This document shows positions 32,547 through 41,271 of a stretch of 64,000 nt of DNA, one piece after another (position 1 is the first letter of the stretch; every line of letters begins with the position of its first letter). The notes below the pieces were generated by a model. It made no database searches. It was not told the DNA's origin and was given only the letters and a program-made list of their open reading frames with translations. The stretch is from Mycobacteriales bacterium (GTDB lineage: Bacteria; Actinomycetota; Actinomycetes; JADGOV01), in NCBI GenBank assembly GCA_038232055.1, contig JBBSIN010000003.1, forward strand, positions 6,339 through 70,338. Reading direction: 5' to 3'. Both the position numbers and the translations under genes were made by a program.

Positions 32547-33097
32547 ACCGGCACCGCCCCGAAGCCGTGGCTGAGGGTGTGACGGACCCCGCACCGACGA
32601 GCGAGTCGCTGCTGTGCGCGCTGTACGCCGAGCACGGCGCAGCGCTGCTGGCCTTCACTCAGCGATTGACCGGCAACCGGGCCCGCGCGGAGGACGTCGT
32701 ACAGGAGACGCTGCTGCGCGCATGGCGGCACGCCGACTCCCTCGCGCCGGAACGCGGTGCCGTGCGCCCGTGGCTGTTCACAGTGGCCCGGCACATCGTC
32801 GTCGACCAGCAGCGGGCCCGGCGGGCACGGCCGATCGAAGTGGGCGACGAGGTGCTCGCCGTACTTCCGGCCGAGGACGCCCTGGACCGGGCGCTCGAGG
32901 CGTGGCAGGTCGCCGAGTCGCTCGCGACACTGCGCCCCGAGCACCGGGACGTCATCGTCGAGACCTACTACAGAGGTCGCTCGGTGGCCGAGGCCGCCGC
33001 CGCGCTGGGCATCCCGGCCGGCACCGTGAAGTCGCGCACCTACTACGCACTGCGGGCCCTTCGTCTCGCGCTCGAGGAGAGAGGGGTGACGCCGTGA
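32543..33097 (+). CDS. ECF-type sigma-70 family RNA polymerase sigma factor
   Basis: Region 2 (AEDVVQETLLRAWRHADSL, RPWLFTVARHIVVD) and region 4 (YYRGRSVAEAAAALGIPAGTVKSRTYYALRAL). Confidence 0.85.
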   Translation: MNRHRPEAVAEGVTDPAPTSESLLCALYAEHGAALLAFTQRLTGNRARAEDVVQETLLRAWRHADSLAPERGAVRPWLFTVARHIVVDQQRARRARPIEVGDEVLAVLPAEDALDRALEAWQVAESLATLRPEHRDVIVETYYRGRSVAEAAAALGIPAGTVKSRTYYALRALRLALEERGVTP

Positions 33098-33756
33098 CGT
33101 GCGAGCAGGTCAGGCTCTGTCTCGGCGCGTACGTCGTTGGCGCGCTGGAGCCGGCGGAACGCTCGGCCGTCGACGTACACCTGCCCGCCTGCCCTCCCTG
33201 CCGCGACGAGCTCTCCTCGTTCGCGGGGCTGCCCGGGCTGCTCGGCCGGCTCTCCGCCGACGAGGTCGTCGACCGCCCGTCGGTCGCCGCGCCCGCCCTG
33301 CTCGAACGGACGCTCGCCGAAATGCGCCGCCGTCGCCGGCTGCGACGGCGGGTCGCCGCCGCGGCCGCCGTCGCGACAGTGCTGGCCCTTGCCGGCGCGG
33401 GCGTGGGCATCGCCGTGACCGGGCAGCACCCACGCCCGGTGGTCGCGGCCGCAGGCAGCGTCCACGCGGCGCTGACGCTTCAGCCGCGGCACTGGGGTAC
33501 GGCGCTGCGCCTGCGGCTCTCCGGCGTACGCCCCGGTGAGCACTGCTCGCTCGTCGCGTTCGCCCGGGACGGCCGTCGGGAGGTCGCCGGAGCGTGGGAA
33601 GCCACGTACGACGGCGTGGCCGAGGTCACTGGTGCGACCTCCATTCAGCGGCAGGACCTGGATTCGCTGACCGTGGTGACGGCCGCCGGCAGCACGCTCG
33701 TGCGCCTGCCGGGGGCGATGCGGGAATCGTCCGGGCCGGTCCGCCCGTTGCCCTGA
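33094..33756 (+). CDS. zf-HC2 anti-sigma factor (single-pass membrane)
   Basis: HLPACPPC HxxxCxxC zinc motif and central TM (VAAAAAVATVLALAGAGVGIAV). GTGA-coupled to the ECF sigma gene. Confidence 0.75.
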   Translation: MTCEQVRLCLGAYVVGALEPAERSAVDVHLPACPPCRDELSSFAGLPGLLGRLSADEVVDRPSVAAPALLERTLAEMRRRRRLRRRVAAAAAVATVLALAGAGVGIAVTGQHPRPVVAAAGSVHAALTLQPRHWGTALRLRLSGVRPGEHCSLVAFARDGRREVAGAWEATYDGVAEVTGATSIQRQDLDSLTVVTAAGSTLVRLPGAMRESSGPVRPLP

Positions 33757-33782
33757 CATGCCAGTGCCCTGACATGCCAGTG
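33751..33782. repeat. Perfect 16-bp tandem duplication (CCCTGACATGCCAGTG x2)
   Basis: Read directly from the sequence. The first copy contains the anti-sigma stop codon (33754-33756). Confidence 0.9.
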
Positions 33783-34037
33783 CGGTGGAGGCGGTAAGGT
33801 GAGCGCCGTGTTCCTGACAACAGAGTTGACCAAGCGCCGCGTGGTGGATTTCCGCCGCGTCGGCAGCTGCCTCTGTCCACTGTCCTGACCGGGACGGCTC
33901 GCCGCCGTCCCTGATCCGCGCATCCGGTTTCGCGCGACCACCGTTTCGCCACCGTGCCGATCGCCCCGCCTGCCGGTTTCGTCCCCGGCCCGTCCGTTCC
34001 TTCCGCAGCAATTCTCGCCAGCAAGGGAGTTCCCCAC

Positions 34038-34871
34038 ATGAGCCGTACCGACGTTCTCGTCGACCCCGACTGGGTCGAGTCGCACCTGAACGACCCGAAC
34101 GTCGTCCTCGTCGAGGTCGACGAGGACACCGCCGCCTACGACAAGGGTCACCTCCAGGGCGCAGTCAAGATCGACTGGAAGCTGGACCTGCAGGACCAGG
34201 TACGCCGCGACTTCGTCGACAAGGCGCAGTTCGAAGTCCTGCTGTCGGCCAAGGGAATCGGCAACGACGACACGGTCGTGCTCTACGGCGGCAACAACAA
34301 CTGGTTCGCGTCGTACGCCTTCTGGTATTTCAAGCTCTACGGCCACGACTCGGTGAAGCTGCTCGACGGCGGCCGAAAGCGGTGGGAGCTCGACTCCCGC
34401 CCGCTGACTGACGAGGTCCCGCAGCGGGAGCGGACGTCGTACACGGCGCAGGAGCCGGACAACGACATCCGGGCGTTCCGCGATGAGGTGCTCGCGGCGA
34501 TCGGCGCCACAAACCTGGTGGACGTCCGTTCGCCGGACGAGTACAGCGGGCGGCTGCTGGCGCCAGCGCATCTGCCACAGGAGCAGGCGCAACGCGCCGG
34601 GCACATTCCGACGGCGAAGAACATTCCGTGGTCCAAGGCAGCCAACGACGACGGCACCTTCCGATCCGACGACGAGCTCCGCGAGCTCTACTCCGGTGCG
34701 GGCGTCGACCTGGGCCGGGACACGATCGCCTATTGCCGCATCGGTGAGCGCAGCGCACACACCTGGTTCGTGCTCCACGAGCTGCTCGGCCAGCCGAACG
34801 TGAAGAACTACGACGGCTCGTGGACCGAGTACGGCTCTCTGGTGGGCGTGCCCATCGAGAAGGACGCCTGA
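34038..34871 (+). CDS. Thiosulfate sulfurtransferase (tandem rhodanese, CysA/SseA-like)
   Basis: AAGGGAG SD. MSRTDVLVDPDWVESHL..GHLQGAVKIDW and active-site loop YCRIGERSAHTW. Confidence 0.9.
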   Translation: MSRTDVLVDPDWVESHLNDPNVVLVEVDEDTAAYDKGHLQGAVKIDWKLDLQDQVRRDFVDKAQFEVLLSAKGIGNDDTVVLYGGNNNWFASYAFWYFKLYGHDSVKLLDGGRKRWELDSRPLTDEVPQRERTSYTAQEPDNDIRAFRDEVLAAIGATNLVDVRSPDEYSGRLLAPAHLPQEQAQRAGHIPTAKNIPWSKAANDDGTFRSDDELRELYSGAGVDLGRDTIAYCRIGERSAHTWFVLHELLGQPNVKNYDGSWTEYGSLVGVPIEKDA

Positions 34872-35170
34872 TGTGCGGCGCGCCCGTGGGCGGCGTACCG
34901 CTAACCGACTTCGACGTCACCAAGGAGGCCGTGATCGTCGGGGAGGTCACGCGCGACGGCATCCCGGTCGGCGGTGCCTACGTCCGGCTCCTCGACGACA
35001 GCGGTGAGTTCACCGCCGAGGTCGTCGCGTCGGCGACCGGCGGCTTCCGGTTCTTCGCGGCTCCCGGCAAGTGGACACTGCGCGCCCTGGCGCCTGGTGG
35101 CCGGGGGGAGTCGATCGTGGCGGCCGACCGCGGCGCGATCGCGGAGACCCGCATCGAGATCGCCGCCTAG
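34871..35170 (+). CDS. DUF1416 protein (SseC-like, rhodanese-associated)
   Basis: MCGAP..EAVIVGEVTRDGIPVGGAYVRLLDDSGEFTAEV..GGFRFFAAPGKWTLRAL. It is coupled to the rhodanese gene as in the mycobacterial cysA/sseC pairs. Confidence 0.75.
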   Translation: MCGAPVGGVPLTDFDVTKEAVIVGEVTRDGIPVGGAYVRLLDDSGEFTAEVVASATGGFRFFAAPGKWTLRALAPGGRGESIVAADRGAIAETRIEIAA

Positions 35171-35212
35171 CGCCGGTCAACACCTGCTCACCCGGCGGTG
35201 GGAAGCCGCTCG

Positions 35213-35641
35213 TCACCGTGGGTAGCGAGCGACGTAGCGGCGCTGCCAGGGCGTTTCCACTGCCCGCGGGTGATAGTGCCGGCGAACGTAGCTGACCGCT
35301 TCGGCCGAACGCGCGCCGTCGAGGACGACCAGACAGGCCAGCGCGGTGCCGGTTCGGCCCCGCCCACCAGTGCAGGCAACCTCGACCCGCTCACGTGCGG
35401 CTCGCTGCCACAGGTCGGCCAGCGCCTCTCGGGCCTCGACCCTGTCGGCAGGCAGCCACCAATCCGGCCACCGCAACCAACGCGACTCCCACGCGACGGC
35501 CGGCGGTGATTTGCCCTGCAGGTACAGCGCGAACTGGGGCAGGGGGCCGGCGGGCAGTGCGTCCCGTAGTCCTCGTCCTCGCACCAGACGCCCTGACGGT
35601 AGGCGCAGGACGCCTGGGGCGGACTGCTTCCACGGTTCCAC
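35213..35641 (-). CDS. Protein-tyrosine-phosphatase-like protein (CX5R)
   Basis: VEVACTGGRGRTGTALA is a CX5R(S/T) P-loop. GTG start at 35641 (VEPWKQSAPGVLRLPSGRLVRGRG). Confidence 0.65.
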   Translation of the reverse strand: MEPWKQSAPGVLRLPSGRLVRGRGLRDALPAGPLPQFALYLQGKSPPAVAWESRWLRWPDWWLPADRVEAREALADLWQRAARERVEVACTGGRGRTGTALACLVVLDGARSAEAVSYVRRHYHPRAVETPWQRRYVARYPR

Positions 35642-35675
35642 CCGGCGACCGTAACGAGGATCCCGTCTGACGCTG

Positions 35676-35891
35676 TCAGGTCGCCGGGACGCCGTCGGCC
35701 GCGCGGCCCCGCGCGGCCACGTCGAGCTTGGCCATCCCGAGCATCGCCTGCATTGCGCGCTGGGCTCGCTGCGGGTCTGGATCGGCGAACACCTCCTCCA
35801 TCCCGGTCGGTACGACCTGCCAGGACAGGCCGTACCTGTCCTTGAGCCAACCGCATTGCCCTTCCGCACCGACCGCCGTACCGGAAGAAAC
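35676..35891 (-). pseudogene. Remnant of a PhnB-like VOC (3-demethylubiquinone methyltransferase-like fold) gene, C-terminal part only
   Basis: The stop-to-stop frame encodes ..GAEGQCGWLKDRYGLSWQVVPTGMEEVFADPDPQRAQRAMQAMLGMAKLDVAA.., the conserved C-terminus of that family. It has no start codon and no N-terminal half. Confidence 0.45.
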
Positions 35892-35983
35892 TCATCGCCC
35901 GCTGCGGCTGCCTCAGCCGGCAGCCGGTCAGTGAGCGCCCGACGAGCCGGGGGCGCCGTCCCCAGCTCGTACGGGTCACTCAC
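35888..35983 (-). pseudogene. Truncated RelE/ParE-family toxin (first ~32 codons only)
   Basis: The GTG overlaps the antitoxin stop (GTGA). VSDPYELGTAPPARRALTDRLPAEAAAAGDEF matches the Y.L...P.A.R.L..LP RelE/ParE N-terminus. Similarity is then lost. Confidence 0.4.
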
Positions 35984-36237
35984 GACGCGCGACGTCCCTT
36001 CAGCAGTGTGCGTACGGCCTCGACGCCGTAGACGAGGTCGCCAGCATGGACAGCCTCGCGTGCTTCGGCGAGCGCCCGCAATGCTTCGGGGTCGGCCTTG
36101 ACCTCGGCGGTTTCGCGCAGGGCGAGGTAGACCTCGATGGCCTGGATGACCGTCTGATGCACGCTGCGTCGCTCTTCGTCGGCGGCGGCACGCAGGTCGG
36201 CATCGAGTTCGGGCGGAAGCCGCAACGTCATAGCCAT
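35980..36237 (-). CDS. Ribbon-helix-helix (CopG/Arc-type) antitoxin-like protein
   Basis: MAMTLRLPPELDADLRAAADEERRSVHQTVIQAIEVYL is a classic RHH beta-strand plus two helices. Confidence 0.65.
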   Translation of the reverse strand: MAMTLRLPPELDADLRAAADEERRSVHQTVIQAIEVYLALRETAEVKADPEALRALAEAREAVHAGDLVYGVEAVRTLLKGRRAS

Positions 36238-36360
36238 ACCGTTACGGTATCCAGCGTCACCGTGCTGATGGCATACCTGGCCTGCGGCATGGCGACCCGG
36301 CACCTGCGCCACGGAGGCTAAAGGCCGCACGGGAGGCGGCTCGAAGGGCGTCGCGCCGGT

Positions 36361-36480
36361 ATGGTTCCTGCCGTGATGGGCGCTCTCTACGTGACGTTGC
36401 TCATCGCCCTCCTGTTGGCAGTGGCGGCCGGCGCCGGCCACGCCGCCTATCGGCTGTACGCCGACAGCGCACAGCGGTAG
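36361..36480 (+). CDS. Possible 39-aa single-TM micro-protein
   Basis: ATG 36361 to TAG 36480: MVPAVMGALYVTLLIALLLAVAAGAGHAAYRLYADSAQR. It ends 6 nt before the nitrobindin GTG. It falls below the ORF-track length cutoff. Confidence 0.3.
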   Translation: MVPAVMGALYVTLLIALLLAVAAGAGHAAYRLYADSAQR

Positions 36481-36486
36481 TCGGCA

Positions 36487-36960
36487 GTGGCGTCGGGCGA
36501 GCTACCGCTGGAACTGGCTCCGCTGGCGTTCCTGCTCGGCCGCTGGCAGGGGGAGGGCGTGGGCGGCTACCCGACCATCAACGACTTCGGCTACGGGCAA
36601 GAGGTCGAGTTCGCGTACTACGGCAAGCCCGTGCTGGCGTACTCCAGCCGGACGTGGGCACTTGACGACGGCCGACCGCTCGCCCGCGAGTCCGGCTTCT
36701 GGCGCCCGCGGCCCGACGGCGAGGTCGAGGTCCTGCTCGCCCATCCCACGGGTGTCGTCGAGGTCTACCTGGGATCGGGAAGCGGGACGAGGATCGAAAT
36801 CGGAACCGACATCGTGGCCCGTACGCCCTCGGCCAAGGACGTCTCCCAGCTGCACCGGCTCTACGCGGTGGTGAACGAGGAGCTTCTGTACGCGATCGAC
36901 ATGGCGGCGGTCGGCCTTCCGCTGCAGCCGCATCTGTCCGCCAGGCTGGGGCGGGCCTGA
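36487..36960 (+). CDS. FABP-fold nitrobindin (DUF1794, THAP4-like heme-binding)
   Basis: LAPLAFLLGRWQGEGVGGYPTI..F.YGQEVEF..GKPVLAY signature. Confidence 0.8.
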   Translation: MASGELPLELAPLAFLLGRWQGEGVGGYPTINDFGYGQEVEFAYYGKPVLAYSSRTWALDDGRPLARESGFWRPRPDGEVEVLLAHPTGVVEVYLGSGSGTRIEIGTDIVARTPSAKDVSQLHRLYAVVNEELLYAIDMAAVGLPLQPHLSARLGRA

Positions 36961-36969
36961 GCACGGCGA

Positions 36970-37031
36970 ACCCCCGGGCGCTTCCTCACATCTGGTGAGG
37001 GCCGGTTGGACAAGTTCCGGCGCCCGGGGGT
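36970..37031. terminator. Long nested hairpin between convergent genes (possible bidirectional terminator or structured RNA)
   Basis: Perfect 12-bp arms ACCCCCGGGCGC (36970-81) / GCGCCCGGGGGT (37020-31) enclose an inner hairpin CCTCAC-ATCTG-GTGAGG. It starts 10 nt after the nitrobindin stop. There is no U-tract. Confidence 0.4.
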
Positions 37032-37238
37032 CGGGTGTCTGCCGTTGGATTCGCCGGCCGCCGCCCGATCGGGGAGGCGTCCGGTTGAGATCGTCCGGAG
37101 TCCGAGAGAACAGCGGCTAGCGGACAGCCACCTCACGAGTCCGATGACTATGCATTAAGCGGACCACCTCCCTTCCCGTGTGCAACAACGGTACGACGAT
37201 CCGCCTCGCCGGCGCAACGGCGTTCCGCGCGCGGCAAG

Positions 37239-37763
37239 TCAGCGGCACCAGAACGCAGCGGATGTCGGCACCGAGGAGTAGTCGCCGAGCGTTGTCGGAA
37301 GGGGCGCGTGCGTGGCGAGGGCGAGGACGAGCAGACCGGCAGCCGCCGCGCCCAGGAGCGACCCGGCCCGTCGGGCGCCGGCGGTCGCGCGCTCCCACGC
37401 CCAGCCACCGAGCAGGAAGATGCCGAGGGCGACCAGCAGTGGCTGGGGCGCCGTGTGCACCGAGACGTGTCCGACGAACGCGTCCATCCAGAGCTGGTGC
37501 GGCACCCGGCCGAAGACGAAGAGCAGGTCCGGGAAGCTCGACAGCAGCTGCCCGCCGAGCGCCCACTGGAGGGCGCTGGTGGGGCGCCGACGTACCGAGC
37601 TCCACCAGGCAGCGGCGGCGAGGCCGAGCCCGACGCCGATCAGCGTGTGCAGCAGCAGGTGCCAGCTGGTGCCGCGCAGGATGTACGCGCGGGCGAAGAC
37701 CGCCTCCCAGGCGATCAACGCCACCGCCAGCAGCGCACGCCTGCCGACCGGCGCGCCCTTCAC
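37239..37763 (-). CDS. Integral membrane protein, His-rich, hypothetical
   Basis: About five hydrophobic segments (LLAVALIAWEAVFA, WHLLLHTLIGVGLGLAAAAWW, ..). GTG 37763 overlaps the upstream gene's stop by 4 nt. Confidence 0.5.
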   Translation of the reverse strand: MKGAPVGRRALLAVALIAWEAVFARAYILRGTSWHLLLHTLIGVGLGLAAAAWWSSVRRRPTSALQWALGGQLLSSFPDLLFVFGRVPHQLWMDAFVGHVSVHTAPQPLLVALGIFLLGGWAWERATAGARRAGSLLGAAAAGLLVLALATHAPLPTTLGDYSSVPTSAAFWCR

Positions 37764-38215
37764 CGCAGCGCATCCAAGAGGATGGCCTGCTCGCCGGTGT
37801 GGTCCGGGTATCCACCGTCGTAGGTGCGGTACCGGACGAACCCTCGGCCGTCGACGAGCGCGTAGCCGGGATGGCAGCCGGCGGCGGCACGGGGCAGCGC
37901 CAGCCGGCGGACTACCGTCCCGTCCGCAATGACGACGAGGCCGAACCGGTTGGGCAGCCCGGTCGGCGTGTCCCGGCTCCGCAGGTAGCGACTCAGGGCC
38001 GCGGCGCACTTCGGATCGGTGGTGAGCCCGGGCGCGAGGTAGAGGGTCGGCTTTCCGGCCACCGCTCCGACACCCGGCACCCGCTGGTGGAGGCTGACCA
38101 GGTCGATCTGTTCCAGCCCGGAGTCGGGCACGAGCGGCGCTGCGGTGGCGTACGCCGCGACGGCCGCGATCGCAGCGACCTGCGCCACGCCGAGCGCGAC
38201 GATCCGGCGCACCAT
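37760..38215 (-). CDS. Secreted/anchored hypothetical protein
   Basis: N-terminal signal/anchor MVRRIVALGVAQVAAIAAVAAYATA. It is divergent from fur. I recognise no family. Confidence 0.5.
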   Translation of the reverse strand: MVRRIVALGVAQVAAIAAVAAYATAAPLVPDSGLEQIDLVSLHQRVPGVGAVAGKPTLYLAPGLTTDPKCAAALSRYLRSRDTPTGLPNRFGLVVIADGTVVRRLALPRAAAGCHPGYALVDGRGFVRYRTYDGGYPDHTGEQAILLDALR

Positions 38216-38265
38216 GTCAGAAGTCTGGCACCGCCGTGGCGAACCGCCGGTCCTAGACTCGCGGT

Positions 38266-38697
38266 ATGGCGGGCACGGCATGGCAGAGCGAGCTGCGGGC
38301 TCGCGGCTACCGCCTGACACCGCAGCGTCAGCTGGTCCTGGAAGCGGTCGACGCGCTGGGGCACGCGACGCCCGATGCGATCGCCGCGAAGGTGCGCCGC
38401 GTCGCGAGCGGCGTGAACATCTCGACGGTCTACCGCACCCTGGAGTTGCTCGAGGAGCTGGGTCTGCTGCGCCATGCACACCTGGGCCACGGCGCCCCGT
38501 CGTACCACGTCGCGTGGGCTGACGACCACGTCCACCTCGTCTGTCGCGACTGCGGCAGCGTGGAGGAGGTAGCCCCCGCCACGCTGGCCGACGTGGTCGA
38601 GCGCCTACGCGAGGAACGCGGCTTCACCGTCGACGTGGGGCACTTCGCCGTCTTTGGCCGGTGCGCGGCCTGTACGGCGGCGAAGGCTTCGACGTGA
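38266..38697 (+). CDS. fur: Fur family transcriptional regulator
   Basis: YRLTPQRQLVLEAV..ISTVYRTLELLEELGLL..HVHLVCRDCGSV..FGRCAAC (two CxxC pairs). Confidence 0.85.
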   Translation: MAGTAWQSELRARGYRLTPQRQLVLEAVDALGHATPDAIAAKVRRVASGVNISTVYRTLELLEELGLLRHAHLGHGAPSYHVAWADDHVHLVCRDCGSVEEVAPATLADVVERLREERGFTVDVGHFAVFGRCAACTAAKAST

Positions 38698-39794
38698 CCA
38701 GTCCCCAGACGAGCCGCCTGACCAGTCCCCTCGCCAGCCCCCTGCTGTCTCGCACGGGTGCGGTCGCTGCCGATCCGCCCGACGAGATGGTCGCCACCCA
38801 CTACGGCGATCCGCTTCGCGAGCAGCGCATGCTCGTCGAGACGGGTGGGCTCGTCGACCGCAGCAACCGTTCGGTCCTCACCGTCACTGGTCCGGACCGG
38901 CTGTCGTGGCTGCACACCATCACGAGCCAGCACCTGGCCACACTCGCGCCCATGCATGGTGGCGAGGCGCTCGTGCTCTCCCCGCATGGCCACGTCGAGC
39001 ACCATCTCGTCGTCGCGGACGACGGAGAGACGACCTGGCTCGACGTCGAGCCGGGCACCGCGGACGCGCTGCTGCGCTACCTCGACTCCATGCGTTTCCT
39101 GCTCCGGGTCGAGCCGAGCGACGTGTCGGCCCACTGGGCCGTGGTCACCGTTTTCGGTTCCGACGTGCCCGACGGGTTGCCGACCGAGGCCTACGCGGTC
39201 CAGCCGCTGTCCCGCGGCGGCTTCGCTCGGCGAATGCCACCCCTGGGGCCGGACGTCGCGACCGCCGATCTCGTCGTACCGCGGAAGAATCTTGCCGACC
39301 TCGACGTCACCTCGCTCGCCGGACTGTGGGCGTACGACGCGCTGCGCATCGAGGCGGCCCGCCCACGGCTCTGCGTGGACACCGATTCCCGCACGCTGCC
39401 CCACGAGGTCGGCTGGATCGGGGTCGCCGTCCACCTCGACAAGGGGTGCTACCGGGGACAGGAGACCGTGGCCCGCGTGCACAACCTGGGCCGACCGCCC
39501 CGGCGGCTCGTCGTGCTGCAGCTCGACGGCAGTGTGGAGGCGCTGCCAAGGAAGGCTGCGCCGATCGAGTGGCAGGGGCGACCGGTCGGTGTCGTCGGCA
39601 CCTCGGCCCGCCATCACGAGCTCGGTCCGGTCGCCCTAGCGCTCGTGAAGCGCGCTGTCCCCGACGACGCCGAATTGCTCGCCGACGGCATCGCAGCGCG
39701 AGTGGACCCGGCGCTCAGCTTGGTAGCCGGGCAACCCGCCGCCCCGCGGGCACGCGTCACACCTCTAGGAGGAGCGTCACGGGGCCGTCGTTGA
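38694..39794 (+). CDS. ygfZ: Folate-binding YgfZ/GcvT-like protein (Fe-S cluster maintenance)
   Basis: [59 protein letters not shown]-coupled to fur. Confidence 0.8.
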   Translation: MTSPQTSRLTSPLASPLLSRTGAVAADPPDEMVATHYGDPLREQRMLVETGGLVDRSNRSVLTVTGPDRLSWLHTITSQHLATLAPMHGGEALVLSPHGHVEHHLVVADDGETTWLDVEPGTADALLRYLDSMRFLLRVEPSDVSAHWAVVTVFGSDVPDGLPTEAYAVQPLSRGGFARRMPPLGPDVATADLVVPRKNLADLDVTSLAGLWAYDALRIEAARPRLCVDTDSRTLPHEVGWIGVAVHLDKGCYRGQETVARVHNLGRPPRRLVVLQLDGSVEALPRKAAPIEWQGRPVGVVGTSARHHELGPVALALVKRAVPDDAELLADGIAARVDPALSLVAGQPAAPRARVTPLGGASRGRR

Positions 39795-40182
39795 CGAGCT
39801 CCACCTGCATTCTCGCGCCGAACCGCCCGGTCTCGACCCGCGCGCCGCGGGCCCGCAATGCCTCGACCACGGCCTGCACGAGCGGCTCCGCGACAGCCGC
39901 CGGTGCCGCCGCGCTCCACGAGGGCCGCCGCCCCTTTCGGGTGTCGGCGTAGAGAGTGAACTGGCTCACCACCAGCAGCGGCGCAGCCAGCTCGGCGGCC
40001 GACCGCTCGTCGTCCAGGATGCGCAACGTGTGCACCTTGGCAGCCAACGCCGCTGCTTGCGCCGCGGTGTCCGAGTGCGTGACGCCGACGAGGACGAGGA
40101 GCCCTGCCCGGTCGATGCCACCGACCACCTCACCCGCGACCGTGACGCTCGCCCGCGACACGCGCTGAACCACTGCCCGCAC
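39757..40182 (-). CDS. dtd: D-aminoacyl-tRNA deacylase
   Basis: [58 protein letters not shown]. Confidence 0.95.
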   Translation of the reverse strand: MRAVVQRVSRASVTVAGEVVGGIDRAGLLVLVGVTHSDTAAQAAALAAKVHTLRILDDERSAAELAAPLLVVSQFTLYADTRKGRRPSWSAAAPAAVAEPLVQAVVEALRARGARVETGRFGARMQVELVNDGPVTLLLEV

Positions 40183-40194
40183 GGCGAGCCATTG

Positions 40195-41031
40195 TCACCG
40201 ACCGAAGAAGCCGCGCTTGCGGGGGGCGTCGGCCGTCGCCGGGACCGGCCGATATGGCGCGGGCGACAGCGGCTGGTCCTCCTGACCCAGAGCGGACAGC
40301 TCACGCATGAGGGCCGCAGTGTCGGCAAGCTCGTCGTCGACGCGCGACGGACGCTCGACCGGCGGTGCCGGCTCGACCTGCGGTGCCGGCTCGGTTTCGG
40401 CTTCCGGCTCCAATTCCAGCGCCGGCTCGGCTGCCGGTGCCGGATCCGCCCCTGGGACGGCGTACGGGGAGATTCCGGCGACCGGCTCGATGTCGAGCGC
40501 TCCGGTGTCAACCAGCCGCAGTGTCGCCCGAGCGCACTCGAGCAGCGTGAGTCCAGTCTGCGCCGCCACGTCGCGCAGGGTCCGGATCTCGGTCACCGCG
40601 GCCAGCAACAGGTCGTCGGTAACGCCGACTCCGGCGCCGCCCCGCCCCAGCAGCTGGGAGTCCGGTCCCCCGAGCCGCTCGACGAGCGGCTCCCATTCAG
40701 CGCGACGCGCCGCCATCTCCGCGAGCAGCCCCGCCACGTCGAGGGGTGGTGCGACGTCGCTGCGCGCCCGTCCGGACCGGAAGGTGGTCGAGATCGCGCC
40801 AACCGCCAATCGCGTGACGTCGTCTCGTACCAGCTCCTGCACGGCGGCGACCAACGGAGCGGCTTCGACGTACCCCAGGTGCAGAAGCAGCTCGGCGAGC
40901 CGCCAGTGCGGAAGCTCCAGCCGGCCAAGGTGCTCGGCCTGCCGGACGGCCTCTGCCGACACGAGCCCCATAGCTGCGAGCCGGCGGCCGAGCCGGGGCG
41001 GCTCTCCGTGCGGCGCGCGCCGACGACGCAT
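40195..41031 (-). CDS. Hypothetical protein with DUF4388/PATAN-like N-terminal region and acidic Pro/Ala/Glu-rich C-terminus
   Basis: GRLELPHWRLAELLLHLG resembles the DUF4388 G.L....L..LL motif. The tail is low-complexity (PAPAAEPALELEPEAETEPAPQVEPAPP). The start is uncertain. Confidence 0.45.
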   Translation of the reverse strand: MRRRRAPHGEPPRLGRRLAAMGLVSAEAVRQAEHLGRLELPHWRLAELLLHLGYVEAAPLVAAVQELVRDDVTRLAVGAISTTFRSGRARSDVAPPLDVAGLLAEMAARRAEWEPLVERLGGPDSQLLGRGGAGVGVTDDLLLAAVTEIRTLRDVAAQTGLTLLECARATLRLVDTGALDIEPVAGISPYAVPGADPAPAAEPALELEPEAETEPAPQVEPAPPVERPSRVDDELADTAALMRELSALGQEDQPLSPAPYRPVPATADAPRKRGFFGR

Positions 41032-41080
41032 CCTTCGCGGAGCCAGACGGCGGAGCGGCGGGCGTCATCGGTTACCTGTA

Positions 41081-41094
41081 GGCAACCGGTTGCC
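41081..41094. promoter_or_regulatory. Perfect 14-bp palindrome GGCAACCGGTTGCC in a divergent intergenic region
   Basis: Read directly. It lies 50 nt upstream of the minus-strand gene start (41031) and 178 nt upstream of kce. Confidence 0.25.
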
Positions 41095-41271
41095 CGCCTT
41101 CGCGAGTTGGGTCAACCGAAGTACCAGTGGGCCGCCGACGTCGGGCGAGTCCACCGCGGCGCACCTCCTCACTTTTCCGCTGCAGACAGGACATCGGCGA
41201 CCGTGCGCCTCGAACTTGAATGCCGGACAGAACTCTCGTCCCTTCGGCGGTGGTCGTGAAACGATGCGGCC

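Noticed and set aside
37117-37190. GGGAAGGGAGG SD-like motif followed by a 12-codon ORF (MHSHRTREVAVR) on the minus strand in the convergent gap
   Set aside because: No downstream gene exists for it to regulate on that strand, it is very short, and nothing in the window supports conservation. It is probably fortuitous.
41100-41271. Possible riboswitch (lysine or glycine type) in the 170-nt leader of the BKACE gene; ACCGCCGAAGGGACGAG on the minus strand vaguely resembles the glycine-riboswitch ACCGAAGGGGCAA core
   Set aside because: Only a short partial match, with no second conserved element, and the orientation and context do not fit gcv genes. A covariance-model scan would be needed before any claim.
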